Positions 1 through 9,118 of a DNA stretch of 64,000 nucleotides are shown in pieces. The DNA comes from Longimicrobiales bacterium (lineage in GTDB: Bacteria > Gemmatimonadota > Gemmatimonadetes > Longimicrobiales > Gaopeijiaceae). Within the stretch, counting starts at the first letter, position 1; every line of letters starts with the position of its first letter. The notes beneath the pieces are model-generated. The model was given only the letters and a program-made list of their open reading frames with translations, made no database searches and was not told the DNA's origin. The translations under genes and the position numbers were made by a program. Location: NCBI GenBank assembly GCA_965248195.1, contig CBDFIQ010000002.1:2752001-2816000 (forward strand), given 5' to 3'.

Positions 1-1
1 G

Positions 2-424
2 TTCTTTGTCAGCCTGACCAGTGGCGTACTCTTCAAGCTGATCCTGATCTGCTGTCTCATCTCTTTGATCTGCCGCCGACGGATGCGCTGGCGTCACCGT
101 CACTGCAGGTGTCGCTGCCGGTGCCCGCACTGTGGGTGTAGTTGTGGGCACTGCCCGTGTGGGGACGACGAGGCCGGGGACGACAAGAACGGGGGCGACG
201 TGAACGGGCGCGACGAGAACGAGGACGACCAGAGCGGGGACCATGGGGACGGGGACGACGAGAACGGGGACGACGAGAACGGGGACGACCAGGACGGGGA
301 CGGGAAAGACAAGGACGGGGACGACAAGAACAAGGGCGATGGGGACGAAGGACGGGGACGACAAGGACGAGAACGGGGACGACCACGACGAGGACGGGGA
401 CGACGAGGACGAGGACGAGGCTAA
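2..424 (+). CDS. 5'-truncated membrane protein: TM helix, Cys/His-rich segment, Asp-rich repeat tail
   Basis: Frame open from base 2: FFVSLTSGVLFKLILICCLISLIC-RRRMRW-RHRHCRCRCRCPHCGCSCGHCPCG-DDEAG...; the acidic tail slips frame near 347; TAA at 422-424. Confidence 0.6.
   Translation, partial: FFVSLTSGVLFKLILICCLISLICRRRMRWRHRHCRCRCRCPHCGCSCGHCPCGDDEAGDDKNGGDVNGRDENEDDQSGDHGDGDDENGDDENGDDQDGDGKDKDGDDKNKGDGDEGRGRQGRERGRPRRGRGRRGRGRG
160..420 (+). repeat. Degenerate purine-rich tandem repeats (GGGGACGACGAGAAC-like, encoding GDDEN)
   Basis: Many copies of ggggacgac followed by gagaac/aagaac/caggac variants are directly visible. Confidence 0.9.
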
Positions 425-443
425 CGGGTACGGTGCGACAGCA

Positions 444-901
444 GGCGAGCGCATCGTCTATCGCCTCCCCAATCCCGCACCCGATGGTATCACCGCTCTC
501 TCGCTCACTCCTCTGGAGTTCCTCGAGCGACTCGCCCTACTCATTCACCCGCCACGCATGCATCGCCATAGCTATCACGGGGTGCTGGCTCCCAATGCCA
601 AGCTCAGGGATCAGGTCATCGCGCTCGGGCGTGAGCAGAGCGGCGTAGAGGAGTTGCCGCCAGGGGCAACTCGCCACGCAGTCTGTCGCGGATTCGTCTG
701 ACGGAGCCGCACCAGGCCGCCGTACTTCCTCGAGATAGGCAGCGCTCATCGCTCGCATCTATGACGTCCTCCCACTCGTCTGCCCGGGCACCGCGCGAAG
801 CGTGGTCGGGCACCTTCGCGTTCGATCAGACGAGCGGCTTCGACCCCGCCGAGCCCGAACCCGTTCCTGACTTCGACTTCGATCAGTCCCCGCCCGACTG
901 A
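444..901 (+). pseudogene. IS91-family (Y2) transposase C-terminal remnant
   Basis: GERIVYRLP...LTPLEFLERLALLIHPPRMHRHSYHGVLAPNAKLR, then after a break AALIARIYDVLPLVCP and PEPVPDFDFDQS; no N-terminus. Confidence 0.8.
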
Positions 902-966
902 GAGCACGCTCCCACGGCCATGTGCCTCTGCTCTGAGGCTCCACCCCTGTTCACCCATCGGGGCTT

Positions 967-1029
967 CGGTCCGACGACCCCCAGCGTGCAGCTTGACGCA
1001 TGCGCGTCCAGTCCGATATACCTGTCCAT
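967..1029 (-). pseudogene. IS110-family transposase N-terminal remnant (~21 codons)
   Basis: MDRYIGLDAHASSCTLGVVGP resembles the YIGLD start of DEDD transposases; abuts the IS256 end. Confidence 0.65.
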
Positions 1030-1030
1030 G

Positions 1031-2406
1031 GGTAGTGTCCCTAGATTTGTGTAAAAGCGGATAAGCTGGACAGGAGGGAAAGAAAAACGGAAGCTCCTCT
1101 GTTGTTGTTCACTGTCACATGAACCCGGGAGTCCGGGTCTGCAGAGCAGGCTCGGAACCGGAGAGGAGCTTCCGATGCAAGAGATTGTGGAGATCGGTCG
1201 GGCCACGCAAGACGAGCTACGCGATGATTTGCGCGAGCTGTTTCAAGGCGCGATCCGGCTGACGCTCGAGATGGTGCTGGAAGAGGAGCTGAAGGCCATG
1301 GTAGGTGCACGCCGCTTCGAGCGGGTGGGAAGCCGGAAGGACCATAGGAACGGCACATACCTGAGGCGGCTGCTGACGAGCCTGGGGCAGATCGAGGTCG
1401 CCATGCCCCGGAGCCGGGACAACGGTTCGCCGGCCGACGTGATCGGCCGCTACCAGCGCAGGAGCCCCGAGCTCGACGAGATGATGGTCGAGGCGTATGT
1501 GAGCGGCGTGTCACAGCGCAAGATGGGCGACGTCACCGAGGCGCTGATGGGCGAGCGTGTTGGGCGCTCGACGGTGAGTCGTGTGGCAAAACGGCTCGAC
1601 GAGGCCGTGGAAGGGCTGCGCCGTGCGCCGATCGAGGGGCCTCACCCCTATCTGTACCTGGACGCCACGTTCTTGGACGCCCGCTGGGCCCGCAAAGTCG
1701 AGAACGTGAGTGCGCTCGTGGCGTATGCAGTGGGCCCTGAGGGTCACCGACGGCTCCTGGCCGTCACGCTGGGCGCTGAGGAGTCGCAGCAGAGCTGGTC
1801 GGAGCTCCTCGAGCAACTCCAGGACCGCGGCCTCGGCGGTGTCGAGCTCGTGATCGCCGATGAGCACGCAGGCCTGGCAGCTGCGGTCCGCCGCTTCCTG
1901 CCCGAGGCACGCCGTCAGAGGTGTACGGTCCATCTGCAGCGTAATGTGGGGGCGAGGGTCCCCCACCGCCTACGCAAGCGCGTGGCGCGTGAGGTCTCGG
2001 TGATCTTCCAGACATCCGGACTCGCCGAGGCGAAGAAGCTCCTGGGCGAGTTCGGCGCACGCTGGAAGAAGGAGCTGCCCGAGGCCGTGGAGGTCCTGGA
2101 GCGGGGCTTCGGGGCAGCGACGCAGTTCTACGCGTTCCCCGAGGCGCACTGGCCCCGGCTGCGTACCACCAACAGCCTCGAGCGGCTGCACGGCGAGATC
2201 AAACGCAGGATCAAGGCCGCCGGCGCCTTCCCGGACCGGGCCAGCGCCCTCAGGCTCATCACGGCCGTCGCACTCAGGACCACACACGTCTGGGGCGACC
2301 GGCGTTACCTCGACCTCTCACTCCTCCAGAAACAGGAGGTCGCCCAAGCAGCCTAGCCGAAGGCGAGGAGCTTCCTCCGCTTTTACACACAAATCGGGAC
2401 TTGACC
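1031..2406 (+). mobile_element. IS256-family insertion sequence, copy 1 (1376 bp)
   Basis: Imperfect terminal IRs GGTAGTGTCCCTAGATTTGTGTAAAAGCGG / GGTCAAGTCCCGATTTGTGTGTAAAAGCGG; no 8-9 bp target duplication. Confidence 0.95.
1175..2356 (+). CDS. IS256 (Mutator) family transposase
   Basis: 393 aa; motifs YLYLDAT, LVIADEHAGL, QRCTVH, RTTNSLERLHGEIKRR. Confidence 0.95.
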   Translation: MQEIVEIGRATQDELRDDLRELFQGAIRLTLEMVLEEELKAMVGARRFERVGSRKDHRNGTYLRRLLTSLGQIEVAMPRSRDNGSPADVIGRYQRRSPELDEMMVEAYVSGVSQRKMGDVTEALMGERVGRSTVSRVAKRLDEAVEGLRRAPIEGPHPYLYLDATFLDARWARKVENVSALVAYAVGPEGHRRLLAVTLGAEESQQSWSELLEQLQDRGLGGVELVIADEHAGLAAAVRRFLPEARRQRCTVHLQRNVGARVPHRLRKRVAREVSVIFQTSGLAEAKKLLGEFGARWKKELPEAVEVLERGFGAATQFYAFPEAHWPRLRTTNSLERLHGEIKRRIKAAGAFPDRASALRLITAVALRTTHVWGDRRYLDLSLLQKQEVAQAA

Positions 2407-3051
2407 CATGCTCCGCGAGTTGGTGCTTGTTGCCGTGGACTTGCCGGGGTTTCAGTTGGAAGTCGAGACCGCTTTGTTCGACTATTTAGTCGGTGGGAAT
2501 GGTCGTTTCCACTACTCTCATGACCCCTTTGGTGGCATTGGCAAAGGCATTGTGGCGCGAATGCATGCCAATCAAGCCGGCAATTCTTATTGGGCTTCAG
2601 TTTGGGCTTCAGCCAGAATCACGGGCGGCATGGCCCATGACATGGCTGAAGGCATTGTGATGTTGCCTGTGGATATGGTTGAAGGATTAGCCGAAGGTAA
2701 CCCCGAAAAGTCGGGCAAAGCCACTGGCGTTATAGCCGCTTTTTTCTTGCCAGCTGCCAAGATGCCTCGTCTGGGGAAGAGATTCGGAGCCTTTACTCGA
2801 GAGTTAGTCTTATCGGCAGCGCTCAGAAATCCGTTTCCCCGTGTTCAATTGCCCACAAACCGGGTTCCGATAGAAATTCGCGCACCGTTAAATCCCAGTC
2901 CTGCTTTGTTGACACCCATTGCCGGCAACCCACTCGTTGGATTTGGCAGTGCCAATAATTTGTATAAGATGTTAATGCAATTTCGTTTACAGCAAGTAAA
3001 ACAAGAAATTGCAGAACTGACCGCACGCGTACAACAACTGCATCCACAATT

Positions 3052-4427
3052 GGTCAAGTCCCGATTTGTGTGTAAAAGCGGAGGAAGCTCCTCGCCTTCG
3101 GCTAGGCTGCTTGGGCGACCTCCTGTTTCTGGAGGAGTGAGAGGTCGAGGTAACGCCGGTCGCCCCAGACGTGTGTGGTCCTGAGTGCGACGGCCGTGAT
3201 GAGCCTGAGGGCGCTGGCCCGGTCCGGGAAGGCGCCGGCGGCCTTGATCCTGCGTTTGATCTCGCCGTGCAGCCGCTCGAGGCTGTTGGTGGTACGCAGC
3301 CGGGGCCAGTGCGCCTCGGGGAACGCGTAGAACTGCGTCGCTGCCCCGAAGCCCCGCTCCAGGACCTCCACGGCCTCGGGCAGCTCCTTCTTCCAGCGTG
3401 CGCCGAACTCGCCCAGGAGCTTCTTCGCCTCGGCGAGTCCGGATGTCTGGAAGATCACCGAGACCTCACGCGCCACGCGCTTGCGTAGGCGGTGGGGGAC
3501 CCTCGCCCCCACATTACGCTGCAGATGGACCGTACACCTCTGACGGCGTGCCTCGGGCAGGAAGCGGCGGACCGCAGCTGCCAGGCCTGCGTGCTCATCG
3601 GCGATCACGAGCTCGACACCGCCGAGGCCGCGGTCCTGGAGTTGCTCGAGGAGCTCCGACCAGCTCTGCTGCGACTCCTCAGCGCCCAGCGTGACGGCCA
3701 GGAGCCGTCGGTGACCCTCAGGGCCCACTGCATACGCCACGAGCGCACTCACGTTCTCGACTTTGCGGGCCCAGCGGGCGTCCAAGAACGTGGCGTCCAG
3801 GTACAGATAGGGGTGAGGCCCCTCGATCGGCGCACGGCGCAGCCCTTCCACGGCCTCGTCGAGCCGTTTTGCCACACGACTCACCGTCGAGCGCCCAACA
3901 CGCTCGCCCATCAGCGCCTCGGTGACGTCGCCCATCTTGCGCTGTGACACGCCGCTCACATACGCCTCGACCATCATCTCGTCGAGCTCGGGGCTCCTGC
4001 GCTGGTAGCGGCCGATCACGTCGGCCGGCGAACCGTTGTCCCGGCTCCGGGGCATGGCGACCTCGATCTGCCCCAGGCTCGTCAGCAGCCGCCTCAGGTA
4101 TGTGCCGTTCCTATGGTCCTTCCGGCTTCCCACCCGCTCGAAGCGGCGTGCACCTACCATGGCCTTCAGCTCCTCTTCCAGCACCATCTCGAGCGTCAGC
4201 CGGATCGCGCCTTGAAACAGCTCGCGCAAATCATCGCGTAGCTCGTCTTGCGTGGCCCGACCGATCTCCACAATCTCTTGCATCGGAAGCTCCTCTCCGG
4301 TTCCGAGCCTGCTCTGCAGACCCGGACTCCCGGGTTCATGTGACAGTGAACAACAACAGAGGAGCTTCCGTTTTTCTTTCCCTCCTGTCCAGCTTATCCG
4401 CTTTTACACAAATCTAGGGACACTACC
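3052..4427 (-). mobile_element. IS256-family insertion sequence, copy 2 (inverted)
   Basis: Same ends as copy 1; 9-bp target duplication TCCACAATT at 3043-3051 and 4428-4436. Confidence 0.97.
3102..4283 (-). CDS. IS256 family transposase
   Basis: Translation identical to 1175..2356. Confidence 0.95.
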   Translation of the reverse strand: MQEIVEIGRATQDELRDDLRELFQGAIRLTLEMVLEEELKAMVGARRFERVGSRKDHRNGTYLRRLLTSLGQIEVAMPRSRDNGSPADVIGRYQRRSPELDEMMVEAYVSGVSQRKMGDVTEALMGERVGRSTVSRVAKRLDEAVEGLRRAPIEGPHPYLYLDATFLDARWARKVENVSALVAYAVGPEGHRRLLAVTLGAEESQQSWSELLEQLQDRGLGGVELVIADEHAGLAAAVRRFLPEARRQRCTVHLQRNVGARVPHRLRKRVAREVSVIFQTSGLAEAKKLLGEFGARWKKELPEAVEVLERGFGAATQFYAFPEAHWPRLRTTNSLERLHGEIKRRIKAAGAFPDRASALRLITAVALRTTHVWGDRRYLDLSLLQKQEVAQAA

Positions 4428-5009
4428 TCCACAATTTGAGCCATCCCCATGGGGGCAAATTCAGGTTACTACAGCAGGTATGAGCACGAACCAAGGCACG
4501 CGACTATATGCATTAAGTAGACCATTGGGTTTGGGTAAAGGTAAGAATCCATCGGACGTAAGATTTCTGGAGGACGGCGTAGAGTTGGGTGTTAATGCAT
4601 CCGGAGGTTTCCACGCCGAATGGAAATTGGAATTGGCTGCGGCGCAAAGTTTTCAGGGAGGCAGGGTAGTTGTCGCTAGCCGGACTATCTGTCTCGACAA
4701 GTGCGTTTAGTTCTTAACCCCAAGAGGTTGGGTTGTTGTATCCTCAAGAGCAGCCGTTAATCCAAGAAATGTCAGCATTCCCCCACGCTTACTGCGTCCA
4801 AGAACGCCAAATTGGTAACAAGTGAATAGGTAGAGTAAACGCTATATTTGTCTAAGAGCAAGAGGATTCATTGGTCTCTTCTGCCGTCATTTACTGATAG
4901 GAAGTATGAAGGCCATTTTTCCCAAACGGGACCTGAAATCGTCGGTGAGCAAGGCCAAGTTTTGATGGGCAGCGAAGGAACTGCAACCCTCGCCATATGG
5001 ACTCCCTGA

Positions 5010-6662
5010 GTGCCTGAACTCCAATACGACAAACAAAACCGCCTGGTCGACGACGGCGTCCAGAAATACTTCTGGGAAGAAAACGATCTTGTTCGGGTGG
5101 AACGGAACAGGCGCGTCATCAAGTATTTCTACGCCCAGGGAAGACTCATGGGGCGGGAGTCCAACGGCGTCCGGGAAACCTTCAAGTATTCCTACGCCGG
5201 CCCGGCCACGGCCCATTTCAAGATCGAAGTGAACGGCCAAGTGAAAGAGACTTATACCTTTTTCCGGGAAAGGCTCCGCACAGTTCAAATAAACAACCAA
5301 ACCCTCAAAGTCGTTTGCAGCGACGAGGGCACGGTCCAGTCCCTCTTGAATGCCCAAGACGAAGTGGTTCAGGGATATCTTTACAACCACAACGGGGTTG
5401 TCGCCCATGTATACGGCCTAAACCCGAGCCCGCCCTCAAGCCGGTTTCTCCTGCAAAGTCAGTTCTACGATCACGAGACCGGGCTGGTGTGCGTGCATCT
5501 CCGCGACTGGTTCAACCCCCGCTTGGGAATTGTCCTGCCCGAGGGAATGGTTCTTTCCGGCTTTTCAGATCCCCTGTGCGGTGCTCTGGCGGAGAATGGG
5601 GCGGAGCCAGAGGAACCCAGTTGGGACGAGGAGGCCCTGCGCCTGGTCCTAAAGGAAGGAGACGAACGGAGGGCGGCCCGTCAAGCGTTTATAGACAAGG
5701 AACACGGCCCTATCGCCCTCTGGGTCCGGTACGAGGGTGTCTTCGATGAAGTTGGCGAGGCGCTCAAGAAAGACGCGGCCGGCCTGACCGTCGGTCTCAT
5801 ACGGGCGGACCAAAGAATCTCCGAAGTGGGTTTCTTCCGTTTCGGCGGGGAAGTATGGGACAACATCACAGCGCTAGGCATCCTGATGGAAAGCCCACCG
5901 ATGAAGTTGATTCAGGCGGATATGGCCGAAACCGAAACCGAACACGACCGTCTGATGGTGGAGGGTTATTTGGGCTATCTCGCGGACGCTTCGGTTGTGC
6001 TCCTTCCCGCGGGAAGGACAAGACGTATAGTCCGCATTCCCCGTCTCCCTCGAAATATGGGCCGTGTGTTGCCACGAAGGACGGCGCGAATCAAGCCCTC
6101 GCAATACCCCTACGCACCGGGACAAAAATTCGACGTCGTCCCGGACGGCCCCGTCCCCGCGGGGTGGCCCAACCGAAAGGCGTACGCCGCCACCCTGCGG
6201 TACGTGCAAAAGAACTTTGAAGCCCCCGGTTCCTTCAAGGGGACGGGAATCTATCGGCGCATCCGGGAAGCCCGGGGCAAGTTCAACAATTTCCGCGACT
6301 ACCCTGACGGCACTCTCAAGCACAACGTCGCGGTGATGTTGGGAGAGTTGGACGGCAAAGTGGTCTCCCCCCAAATCGCCGCCAGCGGAATGCAGGGCAC
6401 CGCCATGCCCACGGGCTGGATCAGGACGCTGGGCCCAGCCTTCGCCAGACTGCCCTGGCTCAAACAGGTCTGCAACTGGTGCCACACGGAGTTCAAGATG
6501 CTCGACCCCATCTTCAGATCCGGCCGACGCGGCCTCCGGGGCACCCTGGTGATCTTCACCGAACGCTACCCGTGCAAAGGCTGTTTCAGCAGCATCCAAA
6601 AATTCCGAGAACAATTTCCCGACGTCAACATCATCACCGTCAGCAACCGCGGGGTGAAATAA
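5010..6662 (+). CDS. Truncated Rhs/YD-repeat protein with C-terminal zinc-dependent deaminase toxin domain
   Basis: YD-like repeats (QYDKQNRL, YFYAQGRL); core-end QFYDHETGL...DPLCG; C-terminal HTEFKML...GTLVIFTERYPCKGC...FREQFPDVNI. Confidence 0.8.
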   Translation: MPELQYDKQNRLVDDGVQKYFWEENDLVRVERNRRVIKYFYAQGRLMGRESNGVRETFKYSYAGPATAHFKIEVNGQVKETYTFFRERLRTVQINNQTLKVVCSDEGTVQSLLNAQDEVVQGYLYNHNGVVAHVYGLNPSPPSSRFLLQSQFYDHETGLVCVHLRDWFNPRLGIVLPEGMVLSGFSDPLCGALAENGAEPEEPSWDEEALRLVLKEGDERRAARQAFIDKEHGPIALWVRYEGVFDEVGEALKKDAAGLTVGLIRADQRISEVGFFRFGGEVWDNITALGILMESPPMKLIQADMAETETEHDRLMVEGYLGYLADASVVLLPAGRTRRIVRIPRLPRNMGRVLPRRTARIKPSQYPYAPGQKFDVVPDGPVPAGWPNRKAYAATLRYVQKNFEAPGSFKGTGIYRRIREARGKFNNFRDYPDGTLKHNVAVMLGELDGKVVSPQIAASGMQGTAMPTGWIRTLGPAFARLPWLKQVCNWCHTEFKMLDPIFRSGRRGLRGTLVIFTERYPCKGCFSSIQKFREQFPDVNIITVSNRGVK

Positions 6663-6815
6663 GAAGTGGAGCGAGTGGCCTCGACAGACCGCTTTAAGCC
6701 TGACTAGATGTTGCCGTTTCCATATGGGCCTCCTTCTCTTCTCGAAGTCGGTCTTACCCGGATCTAGGCTGTCGTGGTGACCCGGGTGACCGTTGGGTCG
6801 GCATTGAGGTCCCTC

Positions 6816-7004
6816 CTACGAAGTCACGTTGCTCGTCTTTCCTTGACTGAACCCATCCGCGACTCCCTGACCCACCACGTACGCGGCGATCATCGTTGCG
6901 ATTTCTGTGGCCGCGGCGTCGGCGAAGCCGAAGACCTGGGTCAGGATGAGCACGATGATCCCGGTGAACAAAGCGGTGAACTTCTTACTCTTGAAGAATC
7001 CCAT
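6816..7004 (-). CDS. Small 2-TM holin-like membrane protein (62 aa)
   Basis: MGFFKSKKF-TM-...-AYVVGQGVADG; purine-rich RBS upstream. Confidence 0.65.
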   Translation of the reverse strand: MGFFKSKKFTALFTGIIVLILTQVFGFADAAATEIATMIAAYVVGQGVADGFSQGKTSNVTS

Positions 7005-7346
7005 GATGGCCCCCTTGGTTGGACGGGATGGCACCTCGTGAGTCCGGCTGAGGCTTGGACCGTTTCCACCTTCTCACTTTTCGCACCCGGGGGGGCCGGA
7101 AAATCGTCTTCAGACTAAGCTTCTCGTGGGGTAACCGCAATTGATCGCTGAAGCCATCAGGGTCAAAGCTCGACGGACCCGCCATCCCTGACGCGGGGTC
7201 GGGTCCGTTCTGGAAGCGCAGGGTGGGGTCGGGGGGCGGGACCGGGGACAGCCGCCCCGAGATGGAGTGAGACGGCGATCCCACCACCATGTCAGGGCGA
7301 CGATCTCCGCTCACCTCCGGTTCAGGCAAGGAGCCCTGAAGCCAGG

Positions 7347-8996
7347 CTAGTCCACCAGCGGCGCCGGCTCAGAAGACCCCAGTGGACGGAGCTCCACCTC
7401 CACACCCCCCTCCCCCACGCGGCTCCAGGATTCACGCGGCACCGGGTCGGTCTCGGGAAAGTCGAGGCGCGTATGCAGGCCGCGGCTCTCCTCCCTCTCA
7501 CGGGCTGACATCGCCATGATCAACCCGACCAGCGAAATATTGCGAAGCTCGACCAGGTCCGACGACGGCTTGCTGGTCCGGTAGAGGTGGTCCGACCACT
7601 CTCGCATCTCCGCCAGCCGGGTTACGGCGCGATCCAGCCGCCCGCGTGATCGGACCAGTCCCATGTAGTTCAGCATCAGGCTGCGGACCGCATCCCACTC
7701 GTGGTCGAGGATCACTCCCTGGTCCGGCAGCGGCAGGTCCGTTCCCGGCGGGAGCGGCGGGGGCGGCTCGGGTCCTTCGGCGGGCTGCGGTGCAACCGCT
7801 CCGGCCCGTTCGGCCAACACCGAGGCTTCGAGCAGTGAGTTGGACGCCAGCCGGTTGGCACCATGGACACCGGTGAACGCAACCTCACCGGCAGCGAAGA
7901 GCCCGTCGATTTCGGTACGCCCATCCAGATCGACAGCCACCCCACCGCACATGTAGTGCGCCGCTGGAACAACCGGAATGGGGTCCCTGCCCGCAACGAT
8001 CCCGTACTCCGCAAGGCGTGCCGAGATCGCCGGAAACCGCTCCGTGAATCGCGCCTCACCGATTCGAGAGGTATCCAGCAAGACGAACTTGTCGCCTCGG
8101 CGCTTGGTCTCCCGGTCGATCTCTCGGGCGACCACATCGCGGGGGGCCAGCGAGCCAAGGGGATGGCGGCCGTTCATGAACTCTTCACCGGCCAGGTTCC
8201 GGAGCACGGCGCCTTCTCCCCGAACGGCCTCCGAGATCAGGAAGGTCTTCGCCTCCACGTGATGAAGGCAGGTCGGGTGGAACTGGACCATTTCCATATT
8301 CCCGAGCGAACATCCGGCCCGGGCCGCCATCGCGACACCGTCCGCGGTGGCGATGTCAGGATTGGTCGTATACCGGTAGACCTTTCCACAGCCTCCGGTG
8401 GAGAGCATCGTGTGCTCCGCTCGAACCAACCCGGTGGCTCCAGTCTCCTGGTCGAGAAACGACACACCGTAACACCGGCGCCGCCCTCCATCGGCGCCTA
8501 CCCAGAGATCGAGCGCGAGGTGCTGCTCGAGGAGTGTGATCTCGGGGTGCTTCGCCACGGCGGCGAGCAACGTACTCTCGATCTCCTGCCCCGTGCGATC
8601 CTTCGAATGCACGATTCGTCGTCGGCTGTGCCCACCCTCCAGGCCGAGATCCAGGCCGTCGGAATCATCGACCGATTGTGCAAAGGTGGCGCCTAACTCC
8701 GTGAGACTGCGAACGAGAGCGGGCCCTTCCCGTACCACGACCTCGACCACATCCCTCCGGCACAAACCCGCCCCCGCCTCGAGAGTGTCCGCCACGTGCA
8801 GATCGAAGGAGTCGGTGGGATCGAGGACCGCCGCGAGCCCCCCTTGAGCCCGGTTGGTCGAGGAGTCGCTCCGAAACTTCTTGGTCAGAATGAGGACCGG
8901 CCCGTACTGGGCCGCGCGAAGGGCATAGGTGAGGCCGGCCACGCCACTACCCAGCACGAGCGTGGCGCAGCGGTGCGTGACGGATTGTGCGCCCAT
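7347..8996 (-). CDS. nadB: L-aspartate oxidase
   Basis: GSGVAG FAD motif, AQGG, EGGHSRRRI, QFHPT, LISEAVRGEG, AAHYMCGG, HGANRLASNSLLE. Confidence 0.95.
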   Translation of the reverse strand: MGAQSVTHRCATLVLGSGVAGLTYALRAAQYGPVLILTKKFRSDSSTNRAQGGLAAVLDPTDSFDLHVADTLEAGAGLCRRDVVEVVVREGPALVRSLTELGATFAQSVDDSDGLDLGLEGGHSRRRIVHSKDRTGQEIESTLLAAVAKHPEITLLEQHLALDLWVGADGGRRRCYGVSFLDQETGATGLVRAEHTMLSTGGCGKVYRYTTNPDIATADGVAMAARAGCSLGNMEMVQFHPTCLHHVEAKTFLISEAVRGEGAVLRNLAGEEFMNGRHPLGSLAPRDVVAREIDRETKRRGDKFVLLDTSRIGEARFTERFPAISARLAEYGIVAGRDPIPVVPAAHYMCGGVAVDLDGRTEIDGLFAAGEVAFTGVHGANRLASNSLLEASVLAERAGAVAPQPAEGPEPPPPLPPGTDLPLPDQGVILDHEWDAVRSLMLNYMGLVRSRGRLDRAVTRLAEMREWSDHLYRTSKPSSDLVELRNISLVGLIMAMSAREREESRGLHTRLDFPETDPVPRESWSRVGEGGVEVELRPLGSSEPAPLVD

Positions 8997-9118
8997 GATC
9001 TCCGTGGGTGATGAGCTTCGACGGCCGTGACGAGTTTCGGCGCCAGTGTAGACCATCCGGCCCCGGAACGACAGATTCCGGGGATTCGTCCAGCGATCAC
9101 GGCACGCCGAGGATCCCG

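Larger units (their letters stand above)
2408..4818 (+). pseudogene. Rhs-type toxin C-terminal module with deaminase-like domain, split by IS256 copy 2
   Basis: Removing the IS and one TSD copy joins LHPQ to FEPSPWG in frame; LPGFQLEVETALFDY...DPFG resembles an Rhs core end; HAE at 4612-4620 and ASRTICLDKC; TAG at 4708 followed by 35 more open codons; lower GC than host. Confidence 0.7.

Noticed and set aside
160..420. Possible CRISPR array
   Set aside because: Degenerate codon-phased repeats without unique spacers; no cas genes
5007..5009. TGA before the Rhs ORF as selenocysteine
   Set aside because: No redox motif or convincing SECIS; more likely a nonsense or junction codon
4887..6614. 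Minus-strand ORFs 4887..5408 and 5874..6614 as immunity genes
   Set aside because: Almost fully antisense to the toxin gene, with no immunity-family features
7040..7346. Structured ncRNA between nadB and the holin-like gene
   Set aside because: GC-rich hairpins are present but match no RNA family I can recognise
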